Source: Chiloscyllium plagiosum
Lineage: Eukaryota
Assembly (NCBI RefSeq): GCF_004010195.1
Contig: NC_057717.1
Coordinates: forward strand, 104,096,910-104,160,909
DNA length: 64,000 nucleotides
Direction of reading: 5' to 3'
In this document: positions 26,231-40,285 of the stretch, in pieces
Numbering within the stretch: position 1 is the stretch's first letter
How the letters are laid out: every line of letters begins with the position of its first letter
Made by a program: the position numbers and the translations under genes
The notes under the pieces: generated by a model
Databases searched by the model: none
Told to the model about the DNA's origin: nothing
Seen by the model: only the letters and a program-made list of their open reading frames with translations

Positions 26231-28747
26231 AGTCTGAGTAAACTTCTTGAATGTTTTGCTTAATTGGAGAGGTTGAATTATTTGTAATGGTAGAAAGGGA
26301 AGTATTGTATATACGACAATGAGTTCGGATAGTAACTGAAAGTCGATGAGCTGACTAGTCCGTTCTCTCATCTTCGCTTTCCTTTCCAATCTTGTATAAT
26401 TGGAAGGGTGAGGCTGTCGCTCTGCAGTTAGACTGTATTTGAATATTTTTATCTATTGGCAGTGAACCCCATTTCCTTATTGAACGTATCTATTTTTGCT
26501 TCCTCCTGATGCTTAACTCGCAACTTGTATTTAGATAGCACCTTTTTGCATAGTTTTAAAAACAAAACCCAAGGTCCTCCACATAAGCAGGATCAGATGA
26601 GGTTTGACACACAGTTGCACAGGAGATATACTAGGACAGGTGACCAAATGTTTGATGACAGAGATAGGTGTTAATAAGCATCTTGAAGAGACAGAGAGGG
26701 TTAGGGAGAAAATTCCCCCAGTGTTTAGGGCTTGGGCATCTGAAAGTACTGTTGCTGATGGAGGTCCAGAGGAAACTAGGATTATCAGATTACCAAAATT
26801 TGAGATTATCAGGCTTAAGTAAATGTAGGATACGGAGAGAAAGTGGGAACAGGTACTGAATTGGATTCTCAACCATGATATTGAATGGTGGAGTGGGTTC
26901 CAAGGGTTGAGTAGCCTACTCCTATTTTCAGTGTCTAAGGTCACACTGGCGAGGCCAGGTTTTTCCTTGTTCATTCACAAGATGAGTGTGACTAACAAAG
27001 ACAGCACTTACTGTATTTCTTATTATCCTTGAGCAGTGGGTGGTGAGTTGCGAGTCATTTATCTGCGAAGAAACGGTGATGTCCAGGTCTGAATGGTGTA
27101 TGGCTTGCAAGGGAAATGGAAGGTGATGGGCTTCCCGTGTTTGCTGCCCTTCATCTTCGAGGTGACATAACATATTGGTTTGAGGGGGAACTGTTGAAGG
27201 AGTTGGTGAGTTGCTGCAATGTATCTTGTAAATTGTACACATTGCAGTATGTGTGTGTTGGTATTGAAAATAGTGGATTGTATGATCAAGTGGGTTGCTT
27301 TGTCCTGGATGGTGTAGAGCTTCAAGTGTTTCACCCAGTGGCTGCTGGTTTGACATGTTGTAAATATTAAAATGGCAATCCCTTTTTGAAGGTAAAGGGA
27401 GAAAGTTGATGCTTGTAAAATTACAGTGAATTAATTCCCTTTGCTGTCATGTTTGAACTATTTCTTTCATGGGTGGGTGTCTCCTGCAATGTGAAATAAG
27501 CAGTGACCTTGTATAATGGAGCCCCAAACAGAACTGTCTTTTTTTTTATATATAGCAAGACCTAGTGGATGGTTAAATGATATAAATGCTTTCTACTAGT
27601 GATAATGGCATATAATGCCATCTTGATTATTTAAGATGTTGATTCTGGCTTCAGAGAGACATTGAATTGGTGGTTTGAGTGGTGCCTGTATTCAGTATGC
27701 CACGTTTGAGTTTTATATTTTGTGCTGGTAGATCTATCTTGGGGAGAAGGTACAGAAGCCTGAACACGTGCGCACACATGAGCGCATGCACACGCATGTT
27801 TCAAAACAGTTTCTACCCTCCTGTTGTTAGAATACTGAATGGACTCTCAAACTCTTAGCATTCACCTGTAGCTATGTTTTGGTTTTTGCTGCTGTTTACC
27901 TATTATTTATTTATCTATGCTACATAACTGATCTGCCTGTATCGCTCACTTTTCACTGTGCCTTGGTACACTTGACAATAAATTCAATTCAATTCAATAA
28001 TATATTTGGGGATGGTTACCAAATATTCATGTGGGTGTTTCCTGCAAATGTAGGCACACCCCACCCAATGCCTCTGGAAGGCGGTCAGACTACACAAAGG
28101 AAGGAAAAGTGCCATCGTTGCTCAAACTTGATTAAGAGCAGAAGCACATTTTTTAAAAAGTCATCAAATATTGACATTACCAAGAGGTTGTCCACAAAAC
28201 TATTGACTTCAGATTTTCTGATTTGGTCTTAACTTGTGTAGATAATTTGATTTTTCACCCCTCTGCTTTTTAGAAAAGTGAAATTAATGAGGAGAATCCA
28301 AATGTTAATTCCTGAACTCCCCAGGCAGAACCGAATTCCATGGGAGCCCTGCGCCATAAGTGAGATTCAGATGTGAAATTGCTTTAAATGCCAGATAGTT
28401 AAATATCCTTTGGACTACAAACCCAAGGACTGTTGTAAAAATCTGATATTACGCAAGGTCATTTTAGTTTTCCACACACTAACTAACCTTTGACCCCTAA
28501 AAAAAAAACAGTATCAAGTACAAAAATTGCCACATGGACTCAGGCTATCCATCCCAAAGAGGCTTTCTTGGGCCTGGGAACACTCGCCTTTCTAAACATT
28601 TCAGTTTATCTCCTGTCACTTATCCAAACCAATCTTCAACATGGGATTTTCTGAAGTGTTAGCACACACCCTAGGCGAATAAATCCCATGCACACTGATT
28701 CTGTCTGTACAAACCCCACACCCCCACCATTCAGTTTTGAATTGAGG

Positions 28748-29228
28748 ATGGTACAGTGGCTCAGTGGCTTGCACTGCGGTCTCAAAGCGCCAGGCACCTG
28801 GATACAATTCCACCTTCAGGCAGCTGTCTGTGTGGAGATTACACATTCGCCCTGTTTCTGATGGGTGCTCCAGTTTCCTTCCACAATCCAAAGATGTGCA
28901 GGTTAAGGTGGATGGGCCATGCTAAATTGCCCTTAGTGTCCAGGGATGTGCAGGTTAGGTGGATTAGCCACGAGAAATGTAAGGTTACGGGGTCGGGTAG
29001 GGGGTAGGTCTGGGCAGGTAAAAACAACGACTGCAGATGCTGGAAACCAGATTCTGGATTAGTGGTGCTGGAAGAGCACAGCAGTTCAGGCAGCATTCAA
29101 GGAGCTTCGAAATCGACGTTTCGGGCAAAAGCCCTTCATCAGGAATAATGGTCTGGGCAGGATGTACGTAGGGTCAGTGTGGCCTCAGTGGACTGAATGG
29201 TGTGTTTCCACACAGTGGGGGATTCTGT
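28748..29228 (+). mobile_element. V-SINE with nested PLE terminal-repeat insertion (29019-29149)
   Basis: The insertion is flanked by the 12-bp direct repeat GGTCTGGGCAGG (29007-29018, 29150-29161) and carries minus-strand CTGATGAAGGGCTTTTGCCCGAAACGTC. Confidence 0.85.
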
Positions 29229-30029
29229 TCTCCTCCTATGTCATACCCAGGCAATCCATTCAAATATGATTTGGGAATAAAAACCCTTCATGTCCTGCCA
29301 CATTACCTGTTCCTATTAATTGACTTACTATTCATTTCTTAACACACTGCTAACAGCTCGCCTTATTGAGAATTCCTCTGTCCATATTTAAATATTCTTT
29401 CACAGGATGTGGGTATTATTGCCCGTCCATCCCTAAGAAATTAGTGCAGGACGTGATCACAAATTGCAGTCTGAATTATTTTCCCCAGTTCAATAGAAAT
29501 GTTAAGCACCACCACCCCCCCCCATGCCCCAAAAAGGCCTTTTTTGAAAAATCTAAATGAATATATTTAATGATAGTTTAAAAGAATCTATACGTTTATT
29601 GGAAGGTTTCCATAACTCCCAATGTGACCTGAATTTCAGATTGTTAATTTGACTGCTGATTTTTGAGGATTGTGCAATACAGAGTTTTGTAATTTGTAAT
29701 AAGGTGTTGCCTGAACATGAAACAAGACTGAACTTCAGATCCAATGGTTTCTGCCCAGTGGCTTTTATTTTCCTATCATTTTGCAGACCATGTAGGTCAG
29801 GGTGTGGGGCTGCAGTGCATCATCAGTGAGGGATAGGCATCACCAAGCACCATCACTATTCATGCCCCTTTGTGACTGTGTGCAATGATTTCAAAAGGCA
29901 AGTCACGCTCTTATTGAATTCCTCTTCAAAAGAGTTGATCGGGCTTATTGAAGAGGAAAGTGCAGGAAGACATGGTCTTTTCTCATTCTAACTTGATATT
30001 TCAAATTTAATTTTGAAAGGACTGTACAC

Positions 30030-30350
30030 CAGCTCAGTGGTTAGTATTTGCTGACTCACAACGCCAGGGACCCATGTTTGATTCCAGCCTTAGGCGACTG
30101 TGTGGTATTTGCACATTCTCCACATGTCTGTACATGTGTTTTCTCTGGGTGCTCTGGTTTCCTGTCACAGTCCAAAGACATGCAGGTTAGGTGGATTGAA
30201 CATCCTAAATTGCCCATAGCGTCTAGGGTTGTGCAAACTGGGTGGATTGGCCATGGGAAACGCAAGGTTACAGGGATGGGGTGGGATGCTCTTTGGAGGG
30301 CAGTGTGGACTCAATGGGCTGAATGGCTTGCTTCCACAGTAGGGATTCTA
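30030..30350 (+). mobile_element. tRNA-derived V-SINE
   Basis: SINE head and V-domain. Confidence 0.8.
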
Positions 30351-32884
30351 AGAAGTAAATGGCAATAACAGGTAAATTGTTGGGATTAGCAAGAAACTTT
30401 GGTGGGTGAGTGGGGGAGGCTGGTGATGGCAGAGGTAGAGGTCTTTCTGTGTGATGGTAATTCCTCTAGCTTGGACCAGAAGGCCTTAGTTCAAATTGTC
30501 CTTGTGCATAACACATCTGAACAGGTTGATTGAAAGTATCTAACAGGGAAACTGGTGGGAATTTGTGACTGAACACATCTGCAGTTGGAAAGAAGCTAAG
30601 AGATGGATAAGGAATCTCCCAAAAATATTTATTCTCTTTGTTGGAACTCCCCCCAAAGGTTGGTGGAAGCCAGGGCCATGTATGTTTTTAAGACTAGGTA
30701 AATAGGTACTGGATTGACCAGAGAGTTTGAGTATTGAGGATAAACACGAATGTGGAGTTGAGAGGCTGCAGTCACATCAGCCATGATCTTATTGAATGGC
30801 AGAGAGAGCTCAAGGAGTGGTTGGACACTCTCCATCTGCCCCTTATCTGTATGTTGGTATGTTACTCAGCATAGTCCAGGAGTCAAACTGGTGACCGCAT
30901 CTGCTTGCCTCAGTGTTGCTAAACTGTGGGAAGATCAGTTCCTGTGATGAGTTTCGTTCACACCCATTCCACCCAGCTCAATCTTCCCCCACATTAGCAG
31001 ATTTTTCCCCTTGGTGTGTAACTAGCCTGGCTGCTGTTGCATGTGTCCATTTTCCACCTCATCCATTCCCTGCATTAGCAAGTTTCACTTTCTTACCCAA
31101 AGTTTCTACTGAATTCCCTCTTGGATTCATTAGTGACTGACTCCTTATTTGTAATTCCTAACTTTGGTCTCCCCAAGCAAGTGAAAATATCTCCCTCAGA
31201 CTCTTCCAGAATTATGTGAAAGTGAGGACTACAGATGCTGGAGATCAGTCAAGATTAGAGTGGTGCTGGAAAAGCACAGCAGGTCAGGCAGCATCCGAGG
31301 AGCAGGGAAATCGATGTTTCGGGCAAAATATTGTATTTATTTATTTACTTATTTATTTGTTGTATTTATTCATATGGAACGCTATCTTACCTGGCCACAA
31401 GTCTTGCTTCCTTGGGTCATTCTAGAAATTTCCTCTTGTGCAGGTAAATCACTTTCACATTGCAGTCTGGAAATTGATAGTACAGCTGTTTCTGCCTGAT
31501 GAGAACAACAGCATTCTCAGTTCCATTTAATAACCAGCACCGTAATGGACTTGTTCAGACCTGTTACGTACCTCTGCAGCAGGTGGGAATTGAACTTGGG
31601 TCATCTGGCCTACAGACAGGGACACTACCACTGCAATTAAAAATCCTTATGCTCAGAAATATAAACCTGTTCAAATATAGTGAGACCAACATCTAGGATC
31701 GCACTTGGTTCTTAATTAAATGCAAATGAGCTGCTAACTGATCCTTGTGGGTCTCTTTTTATTGAAGTCTCAAGCTGGTTGCTGCTTAGCTTCTAGTGAA
31801 CAGTTGCAAGTAATCTATAATCACTTTAGAATTAGGTCATGTGTACAACTATAGGAGTGCATTGAAAAGTGTACTATGTTGCCATTCTTTATGCTATATT
31901 AAGTACATAGATATAAAGGTACCAAGGTACAAAGTAGAAAAATAAAGAATCTAAGTTCAATACTCCAGTCCTCAAGTGCTTAGCCATGCTGGGTACGCAC
32001 TCCCTACCACGGTTTGATCTCCCCTGCGCTGGACACCTTGACGTTGCTGATCTCCCCACAGAAGGTAAGTAGGTTAAAGGAGAAAACAAAACTCTGAAAG
32101 AAGAAATGAAAGTAAAAGCAGATGGAGCAGCTGAATTCCAGGCAGGAGCCTGCACGCTGCCGCCATCTTGGAAATTAAGTGTGGGGCTTTTGTGGCATTG
32201 TCCCTACCTCTGGGCCAGGAGGTCTATGTTCACCTTCCATCTGCTCTAGAGGAGTGTCATAACCTGTCTGAACAGGTTGAATAAAAAAAAATTGCTTGTG
32301 CTGGTCAATAACTTGGTTCAGTAAATATCTTTACCTGTTGAGTGTGAAAGGTGTCTGTTCCGATACACATTCAGTGCCATAGTTTGGGGGGTGGGCGTTG
32401 ATGCTGCATTACCAGAGGGGTTTCTTATGGTGTAACCAGGGCTTTATCTACCAGCCCAGGTGAAATAACCAAAGAAGTCCCTCAACCATCCAAAGATAAT
32501 TTGGATTAAGTTGGACATTGAATCCCGTTCTGTTGGCGGATTTGAGTTAGCTTACAAAATGCTGGCTTCAATTCAAGGTTAATTTAATGGATGTGGTCCT
32601 TTCCTTGGAACAGCCCGAGGGGCGTACAAGGATTTATGTCCGTGCCAGTATTTAATTCCATAGTTGTCAACTTCATAGAATCTCCCTGATACAGAAATCT
32701 TCACAATATCACATGGCAAATACTTGGCACTGACTAAGGATCTTTCCAAAAAACAATAAGCCTCAAGATGTTACGACATGTGCAACCAATAGTGGAAAGG
32801 GTACAAGAGGTTTATAAGTCAACAAACATCCTGTATCCATTTAAGGACGATTATAAATCTGAACTGAAAGTGCTCGTCACTCTG

Positions 32885-33330
32885 AGACCATAGAGACATA
32901 CAGCATGGAAACAGACCCTTCGGCCCAACTCACCCATGCTGACCAGACTTCCGAAACTGAACTAGTCCCATTTGGCCCATATCCCCCTCAATCCTTCCTA
33001 TTCCTGTACCAATCCAGATGCCTTTTAAATGTTGTGTCTGTACCTGCATATACCACTTCCTCTGGCAGCTCGTTCCATATATGCACCACCCTCTGATACA
33101 TTGCCCTTCTGATCCCTTTTAAATTTTTACCCTCTACCTTAAACCGTCTACGTTTGGACTCCCCAACCCTGGGGAAAAGACCTTGGCTATTCACCTTATT
33201 TTTACCCCTCATGATTTTATAAACCTCAGCCTCCTACACTCCAGGGGGGGAGAAAATAATCCCAGTCTATCCTTGCACCTCGAGCCTTCCAGTCTTGGTA
33301 ACATCCTTGTACATCTTTTTTGCATTCTTT
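32885..33330 (-). mobile_element. CR1 LINE 3' fragment
   Basis: RVVHIWNELPEEVV...FKRHLD in a minus frame. Confidence 0.82.
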
Positions 33331-33954
33331 GCAGGGTAACAGAACAATCTTTCACATTAGGTAAGCTGTGTCCCCTTGTTCTCTCCCACAAGGAGAAACA
33401 TCCTTTCAAAATCCATGTGGAGTGACCTCAGGATTTTGTAGGTTTGAGACACCTTTTCTTGTCCTGACCCTTTGCTGATGCCTTAGTTCATCATGTAAGA
33501 GAATCTTTTGTTTCTGTTGTGCTGTACACGGCCACAAGGTGTTCCCTGCTACCTTGTTGTAATGCAGGAAACACAGCAGCCAGTTTATGCACATCAAACT
33601 CCCACAAACAGCAATGTGATAATGACCAGAAAATTGCTTATGCTGGCTGAGGAATAATTCTTGGGATCTTTCACATATGGCCTCGCAGGTAAAAGGGGCC
33701 TCCTGTACTGCATGAAATGCCAAATAAATTGAGCTGAGCTCTCCGGAGCAGGGCCTGAATGCAAGGCCTGAGCCACAGTGACATCTGCCGAAACCACTTG
33801 CTCTCTCACTGGTCAAGTGCAGTGGGTGACTGTTGGAACTATTTGACTGCACTGGTGGAGCAGGGAAATGGAGAGGGAATAGTGTTCCTGTGGTACTGAG
33901 ATGGCGTTGGAATGCTGACCTAATATATTACCTTTCCACTTCTGTAGGTAGAAG

Positions 33955-34165
33955 ATGGGGAAGGATTATTATAAAATCCTGGGCATTAATAAAGGAACAG
34001 CAGAGGAAGATATCAAGAAGGCATACAGGAAGCTAGCCCTTAAGTACCATCCTGACAAGAACAAATCTCCAGATGCAGAGGAGAAGTTCAAGGAGATTGC
34101 TGAGGCTTATGATGTCCTGAGTGATCCCAAGAAACGAGAAATCTACGATCAATATGGCGAGGAAG
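33955..34165 (+). CDS. dnajb1: DNAJB1 (Hsp40) coding exon 1, J-domain
   Basis: [14 protein letters not shown]...YHPDKNK...YGEE(G) with the HPD motif. Acceptor ttctgtAG ending at 33947 precedes the ATG; donor GTAAGG at 34166; 211 coding nt. Confidence 0.95.
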
Positions 34166-34984
34166 GTAAGGGATGTTTAATCTGACCTGGCACACTCCTG
34201 TTCAGGTGGTGTAGTCTGACTCATGTACTTTTTGGACTTTAGTTGTATCACAACAAACAAGTTTGAAAAGAAGTAATTGTGTTTCACATCACCTGATGTT
34301 CAGGAATCTGATTAAAGTGGCAAAGATAGCTCTTGGGAGCAGGAGAAGGCCATTGAGCCCCTTCAATATGCTCTGCCATTCAACCTTCTTATCTGCCTCC
34401 ATTCCATTTTCCTGCACAATCTCCATATCCCTTGATGTCTGGAAATCTATCCATGTTGAACATTTTCCAATTGTTGTCCTTCACTTGAAAATTAAGATTT
34501 GAATCTACAACTTTGTTGGTAGAGTTGTTCTCTCCATCAGAGTGGACAGCTTTTGGAATGGGTGGAACACAGGCTGTTCTGCTGTCATGTGTGTTTCTGC
34601 AATGAGAATTTGCTGTAACGCAATTGACAAACTGGGGACTAAAGTGCAAACTTTTAAAACATCTGCTAGCTGTCATGCAATTACATCGTCAGCACTTTAA
34701 GCACTATTTCTAAAGCACGATTTTTTCTATAATGCAGGGTTGCACCAGAATGCAGCCTCACATTAGGCTAAATTGTCCGTAGTGTTAGGTGAAGGGGTAA
34801 ATGTAGGGGAATGGGTCTGGGTGGGTTGCGCTTCGGTGGGGACTTGTTGGGCCGAAGGGCCTGTTTCCACACTGTAAGTAATCTAAACTGACTGTATTGT
34901 AGACGTAACAAGAGAAGTCATCCAGATACTACAACAAGGGAAGGTAGATGATTGCTTTGGGATATTGTGAGTGAGCCATTGAGG

Positions 34985-35395
34985 AATGCTGCCTGGACTG
35001 GAGGGCTGTCTTATGAAGAAAGGTTGAGGAGACTAGGGCTTTTCTCATTGGAGCGAAGAAGGATGAGGCTTGACTTGACAGAAGTTTACAAGATGATGAG
35101 AGGCATAGCCAGAGACTTTTTCCCAGGCGGAAATGGCTATCACAAGGGGGCATAATTTTAAGGTGATTGGAGGAAGGTTTAGGGGAGATGTCAGAGGTCA
35201 GTTCTTACAGAGAGAGTGGTGGGTGCATGGAATGCATTGCCAGCAGTGGTAGTGGAGTCAGATACATTAGACATTTAAGCGATTCTTTGCTAGGCACATG
35301 GATGATAGTAAAATGAATGTATGTATGTTAGTTTGATCTTAGAGTAGGATAAAAGGTCGGCACAACATCAAGGACTGAAGGGTCTGTACTGTTCT
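34985..35395 (+). mobile_element. CR1 LINE 3' fragment
   Basis: GLSYEERLRRLGLFSLERRRMRLDLTEVYKMMRG. Confidence 0.85.
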
Positions 35396-38300
35396 ATAAA
35401 ACTGTTGGCATCAGTTGCATTGCACTGGTAACAGGGCAGGGCTGGTCTGTAGGCATTTTCACCTTGAACTTTTTGCTGTGGTTATCAAAATACAGAATGG
35501 GTGTATGTTTTTAATAAGGTTCAGAATTGCACCCAGCATCTCTCCAACTCAAAATAGAGGTGAAAGCCTTTGTATGGTGCCTTTAATTGCTACTTTAGGT
35601 TTTGGATGTTGCATGTGCATAGAGCTACCTGAATGTAAGTGATTCACTGCAGAACATAATTAATATGCAAGCCAGGTGGCAAAAACATCAAAATCCTCTG
35701 GGTCAGTGGGCAGATGCAGCTTTCAACTCTCAGCAGTATTCCATGGCAAAGCATTCACTCTGATAAAAGCAGGCTACTAATCAGATTTAACAGCATAAAT
35801 ATTCTAATGGAAGAACTGAGCTACACTTGCTCAGGATGAGAAGACTTGAGTGAAAATTTCTCACTATCATGTCGAAAGTCCTGAGCATCATTGCCCTGTG
35901 CTTGCCGACCTACGTTGGTTCCTATCCCAATAATTTATCAATGTTTAAATCATCATCCCGCAATTATCTTATCCTTCACTGTATTTCTGTTTTCCTCCAG
36001 CTCTACAATCTTTCTGCGCTTGTGCGTTGAGCTCCAATTCAAGAGTATTTCACTGGATGCAGAGCCATTCAAACCGCTCCGAGTGTAAAAGGCTCTCTCT
36101 AAATGCAATTTTGTTTTTTTACCCTTTTCTCCGCAACAGAATAGCTGTAACTAATAGCAGAGCCCATAAACGTTGCACTGCCTGTAATCAGCTAACTCAG
36201 CACTGACCCAAAATTGAACTATCATCGTTCCTGCTGTCCTTCCAGCACTTGCCTTGCGTTGCGATACCCATCCGACTGAGGAGAGTTAACCACGTGCTTT
36301 GTCCACATCAGCCTTTCACTGTGAGCTTCCTTTTCATTGTTGGATGCTGTTGACTGAATAAGACCACTGCTGGTCAGCAATTGGAAACACAAACAAATTG
36401 AATTCCTTGTTTCAGGGACAGATGGAGCGTACATCAGCTGAATATGTGAATACCTCCCTGCCACAGTACTAATTGTAATCATAGCTTTCTTTGCAGGAAG
36501 ACAAGTAATGTTTCATCTGAAGCAGCCTATTTTTCCAGCGACAGGTCAGATCACGTGAACCTACGGAGTAATTGGGGGAAACTGTTCACTGCATCCTCCC
36601 TCACAATGATACAAGAGTTCTGTTAATAGATGCTGCTAAGGAGCATTCGGTTGGGGGGGGAGAAGAAGTGACCAGTCAGCCCCTGAAGCCTGCTTTGGCA
36701 TTGAGTTAGATCATGGTTGATCTGCATCTTGACATTATTTTTAACTGTCTTGGTTTCATGTTCCTAACAAAGATGTGTACTCGGATATGAAATCTTTTCG
36801 ATTAAGTTGCACTGCATTAACTTGCCCTGGTGCCTTAGCATCTTTCAACCCAAGACTTCTACTCTCTAGGATGACGCCCTCTACAATGAAAAGAATGCGC
36901 ATTGAGAGATAGGCTGACATGGACAAAACTTGTGGTTAACTCTCCTAATATGTAGGAACACCATCCCCTGCAGCTTGCCCCTCCAAGCCACTCGCCATCC
37001 TGACTGTAAATGCATCACTATTTCTTCACTGTTCCTGGATCAGAATGCTAAAACTGCTTCTCTAACAGTGCTGCACCAATGGACAGTGGTCTCAGCACCA
37101 TCTTCTCCAACTCAATATAGGGATGAACAATAAAGGCTGGTCCTGGCAGCAATGCCTATGTTCCCTGAACTAACTTTTTTTTCCCAGTGGCCACCTCTGC
37201 TTTCCCCAGTATATTGCAGGGAGAGGGAATTCCAGATTTTCAGGATCCTTTGGGTGAGGAAGTCCCAACATCATCCCTGAACATGCTGGTTCTAATTTGA
37301 GCTATACTGGACATTTGGCGCACCTGTGCTGGCAGTACCACTTGGTGCAAGAGCTCACCAACATTGGTGAGGGTGACCATGGAGAATAAGTATCTGATTG
37401 GTGTTGCCTGTGGCGCTAAATTTGGATGGATCTCCTCAGCAAAACAAGAGGCAAATATACTGAAATCTTTTAGTACATATTAAACTGACTGACAAGTATC
37501 TGAGCTATACTGTATCTTTACCACTTGAAATTTATCTTGATCATAGGCTGTATTCAACACTGATAGTTACCTTATTTAACTGTTGTCATAGAAGGTGAGC
37601 CTGGTGTGAACATGATGTAGATAACACCATCCAGACAGGAGGACCTCTAAGCCACTCTTCAGATCCTTCAGCACATCCTCTTCTCCCTAAAGTTTCACTC
37701 CTAGGTTGCTAAATTTGAAAGTGTGGGTTTGAGATCTGAGAAGGAGCTTTCCGTAATGCTTTCCAGATGATTGTGTATAAGTGGTGAGTTTAGGTGCTCA
37801 GTAACTGGAGGCAAGTGGATCAAGTAGAAGTGTTAAACTTTAACTTGATCGGGGGTTTCCAGAGGATGAGCCATGAAGATGAACACATGTGACACCTGTC
37901 TTTTATAGTCTAGTGTCTATGCCAGTGCACAAATTGTTTGTTTTGTTGAATTTTATTAAATGCAGAGAGAAATCATTAAAGCTATTCTCTGTTCCCTAGC
38001 TATGGACTCTATCCCCCTGTTTCTCTCTAACCATTGCCTTGCAGTTGAATCAGGATGTTTGATATCCAATTTGACTCCATGGAGAGCTTCCAACCGTATA
38101 TTCTGTCTTATCAGCAATATTGCCAATCTCTGCCCTGTCTCCCACCATATCTGCTGCTAAAACTCTCATCCACATTTTAGTTGCTCAAACTTAATCTCCT
38201 TCTGATTAGTGTCAGTAGTCACTTCCCATAAAATGCTTGTGGACAGTCCCCTTTGTTTAGTGGTTATTAATGAGTAAGGTTGTTTCTCTGGGCAATGATT

Positions 38301-38487
38301 AGTGGACACCAACAGCCAGTTTATAACAATTTTTAACTGGTTTGCAGTTTCTCCTTGTCCCTGCCACCTCTGGGTTCAGTCAGTTCATCATCTTGATAGT
38401 GATATTCTCAATCTATCTGCTGATTTTTCGGCATTTTCAAAAACTTGTATCTGTTTTTCCTCCGACTCCCTCCCCCGTCTGCTTTAG

Positions 38488-39059
38488 GGCTTAAGGGTGG
38501 TGGAGCTGCAGGTCCCAATGGCACCAACTTCCAGTACACATTCCACGGGGACCCCCATGCTGTGTTTGCTGAATTCTTTGGCGGAAGGAACCCATTCGAC
38601 ATTTTCTTTGGACAGAGAAATGGCGAAGAAGACATGGAGATTGACGATGATCCGCTGAGCTCTTTCAGTGGCTTCGGCATGGGTGGCATGGGGAACATGG
38701 GCGGCATGTCTGGCTTTCACCGAACGCGGGGCACTGCTAAGAAGCAGGACCCTCCTGTCATGCATGATCTGAAGGTTTCCCTGGAGGAGATCCTCACCGG
38801 CTGCACCAAGAAGATGAAGATCCGGCGGAAGCGGCTGAACCCTGACCGGCACACGTCCCGGCAGGAGGACACCATCCTCACCATTGAAATCAAGAAAGGC
38901 TGGAAGGAAGGGACAAAGATCACCTTCCCCAAGGAGGGCGATGAAACTCCCAACAATATTCCTGCCGATATCATCTTTGTGCTCAAGGACAAGCCACATC
39001 CAGTCTTCAAACGGAACGGGTCTGACATCATCTACCAAGTGAGGATCAGCCTCCGGGAG
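38488..39059 (+). CDS. dnajb1: DNAJB1 coding exon 2 (G/F region and CTD-I)
   Basis: Acceptor ctttAG ending at 38487, donor GTAGGT at 39060. GLKGGG...FHGDPHAVFAEFFGGRNPFDIFFGQRNGEEDMEIDD...KKGWKEGTKITFPKEGD...ISLRE. The FAEFFGGRNPFD-FFGQRNGEE motif fits DNAJB1 better than DNAJB4/5. Confidence 0.95.
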
Positions 39060-39870
39060 GTAGGTGCTGTTTTTGTATCGATACTTTTTGGTGGAGTTGC
39101 AGTGGGGGGGTCTGAGCACTCACCTGTGGGAGATTTCTATTCTCTGGAGAGACGATAGAAGCTGGATTGGTTTTTCTTGGAGCAGAGTGGTGATTTAATC
39201 ATGTGGTTCAGAATTATGAAGAGGTTTTTGACTGGGTAAGTAAGGAGTCAGTGTTGCCAATGGCAACTAAAGGGCATGTTTAAGACAATTGGCAAAGGTC
39301 ACAAATAGAAGAAAAACAAGATTTTTTCTTGTACAGTGAGTTATGATCTGGAATGTGCAGTCTGACAGGGAGGATGTGAATATTTCAAGGAAACTTAGGG
39401 CTGTAGAGAATGAGCAGCTGTTCTGGAACAAATTTGTGTAATGCACTGAATTAGCTCCCTTTGTGCTTTTGGGATTACATTTTAAAACACATGTTTTTCT
39501 TTTAAAATTGTTATCCTTCTGTGGCCTTGCTCCACCTAAACAAAACAGTTAGCTGCTTCAGCCCTACATCACTTTCCAATGTCTCCACGCTCTTCTGACT
39601 CTTACCTTATAGAGTATCATTGGTTTTCAATCTTTGACATTCTGTATCTTCAGAAGCTTACATGCTCTCACTCCTAGAGTTCCCTGTCTAGACTTTGTCT
39701 TTCTACTCTCTCCTCCTCTGAGCTTTTGGTCACCTCTCCTAACATCATTGGGTATCAAGTTCTTGTCTGTCTGCTTCTGGCAGGTCTTGGTATGTTGCTT
39801 GGCGATATATGAATGCAAGTTGTTGAGAGGTTATTCCCGTTAAACCTCCGCGTGGGCAGGTGCGTAGCTA

Positions 39871-40236
39871 GTTTTGGATATAGGTTTGTTCGCTGAGCTG
39901 CAAGGTTCATTTCCAGACATTTAGTTACCCTACTAGGTAACATCTTCAGTGGGACTCGGGCGAAGCAATGCTGAAAATTCCTGCTTTCTATTTATGTTTT
40001 CTTTGGGTTGGTGATGTCATTTCCTGTGGTGGTGATATTTCCTGTGGTGACATCACCAACCCAAAGAAAACATATAAATAGAATGCAGGAATTTTCAGCA
40101 TTGCTTTGCCTGAGGCCCACTGAAGATGTTACCTAGGGTAGGGTAATGAAACATCTGGAAATGAACCTTCCAGCTCAGCGAGCAAACCTACATACAAAAC
40201 CTCAACCTGAGCTACAAATCTTCTCAAAACTCGTGG
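39871..40236. mobile_element. Palindromic PLE-derived element in the last dnajb1 intron
   Basis: ~150-bp inverted arms 39871-40019 and 40048-40200; hammerhead-like CCA-CTGAAGA-TGTTACC..GGTAAT-GAAACATC-TGG at 40117-40158; 9-bp repeat GTAGCTAGT at 39864-39872 and 40237-40245. Confidence 0.85.
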
Positions 40237-40285
40237 GTAGCTAGTGTCACGTTACTAAGGACCCCTGTTTCTTCTGCTGTTTCAG

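Noticed and set aside
38484..39119. 211-aa antisense ORF over dnajb1 exon 2
   Set aside because: Shadow ORF from codon bias on the coding strand.
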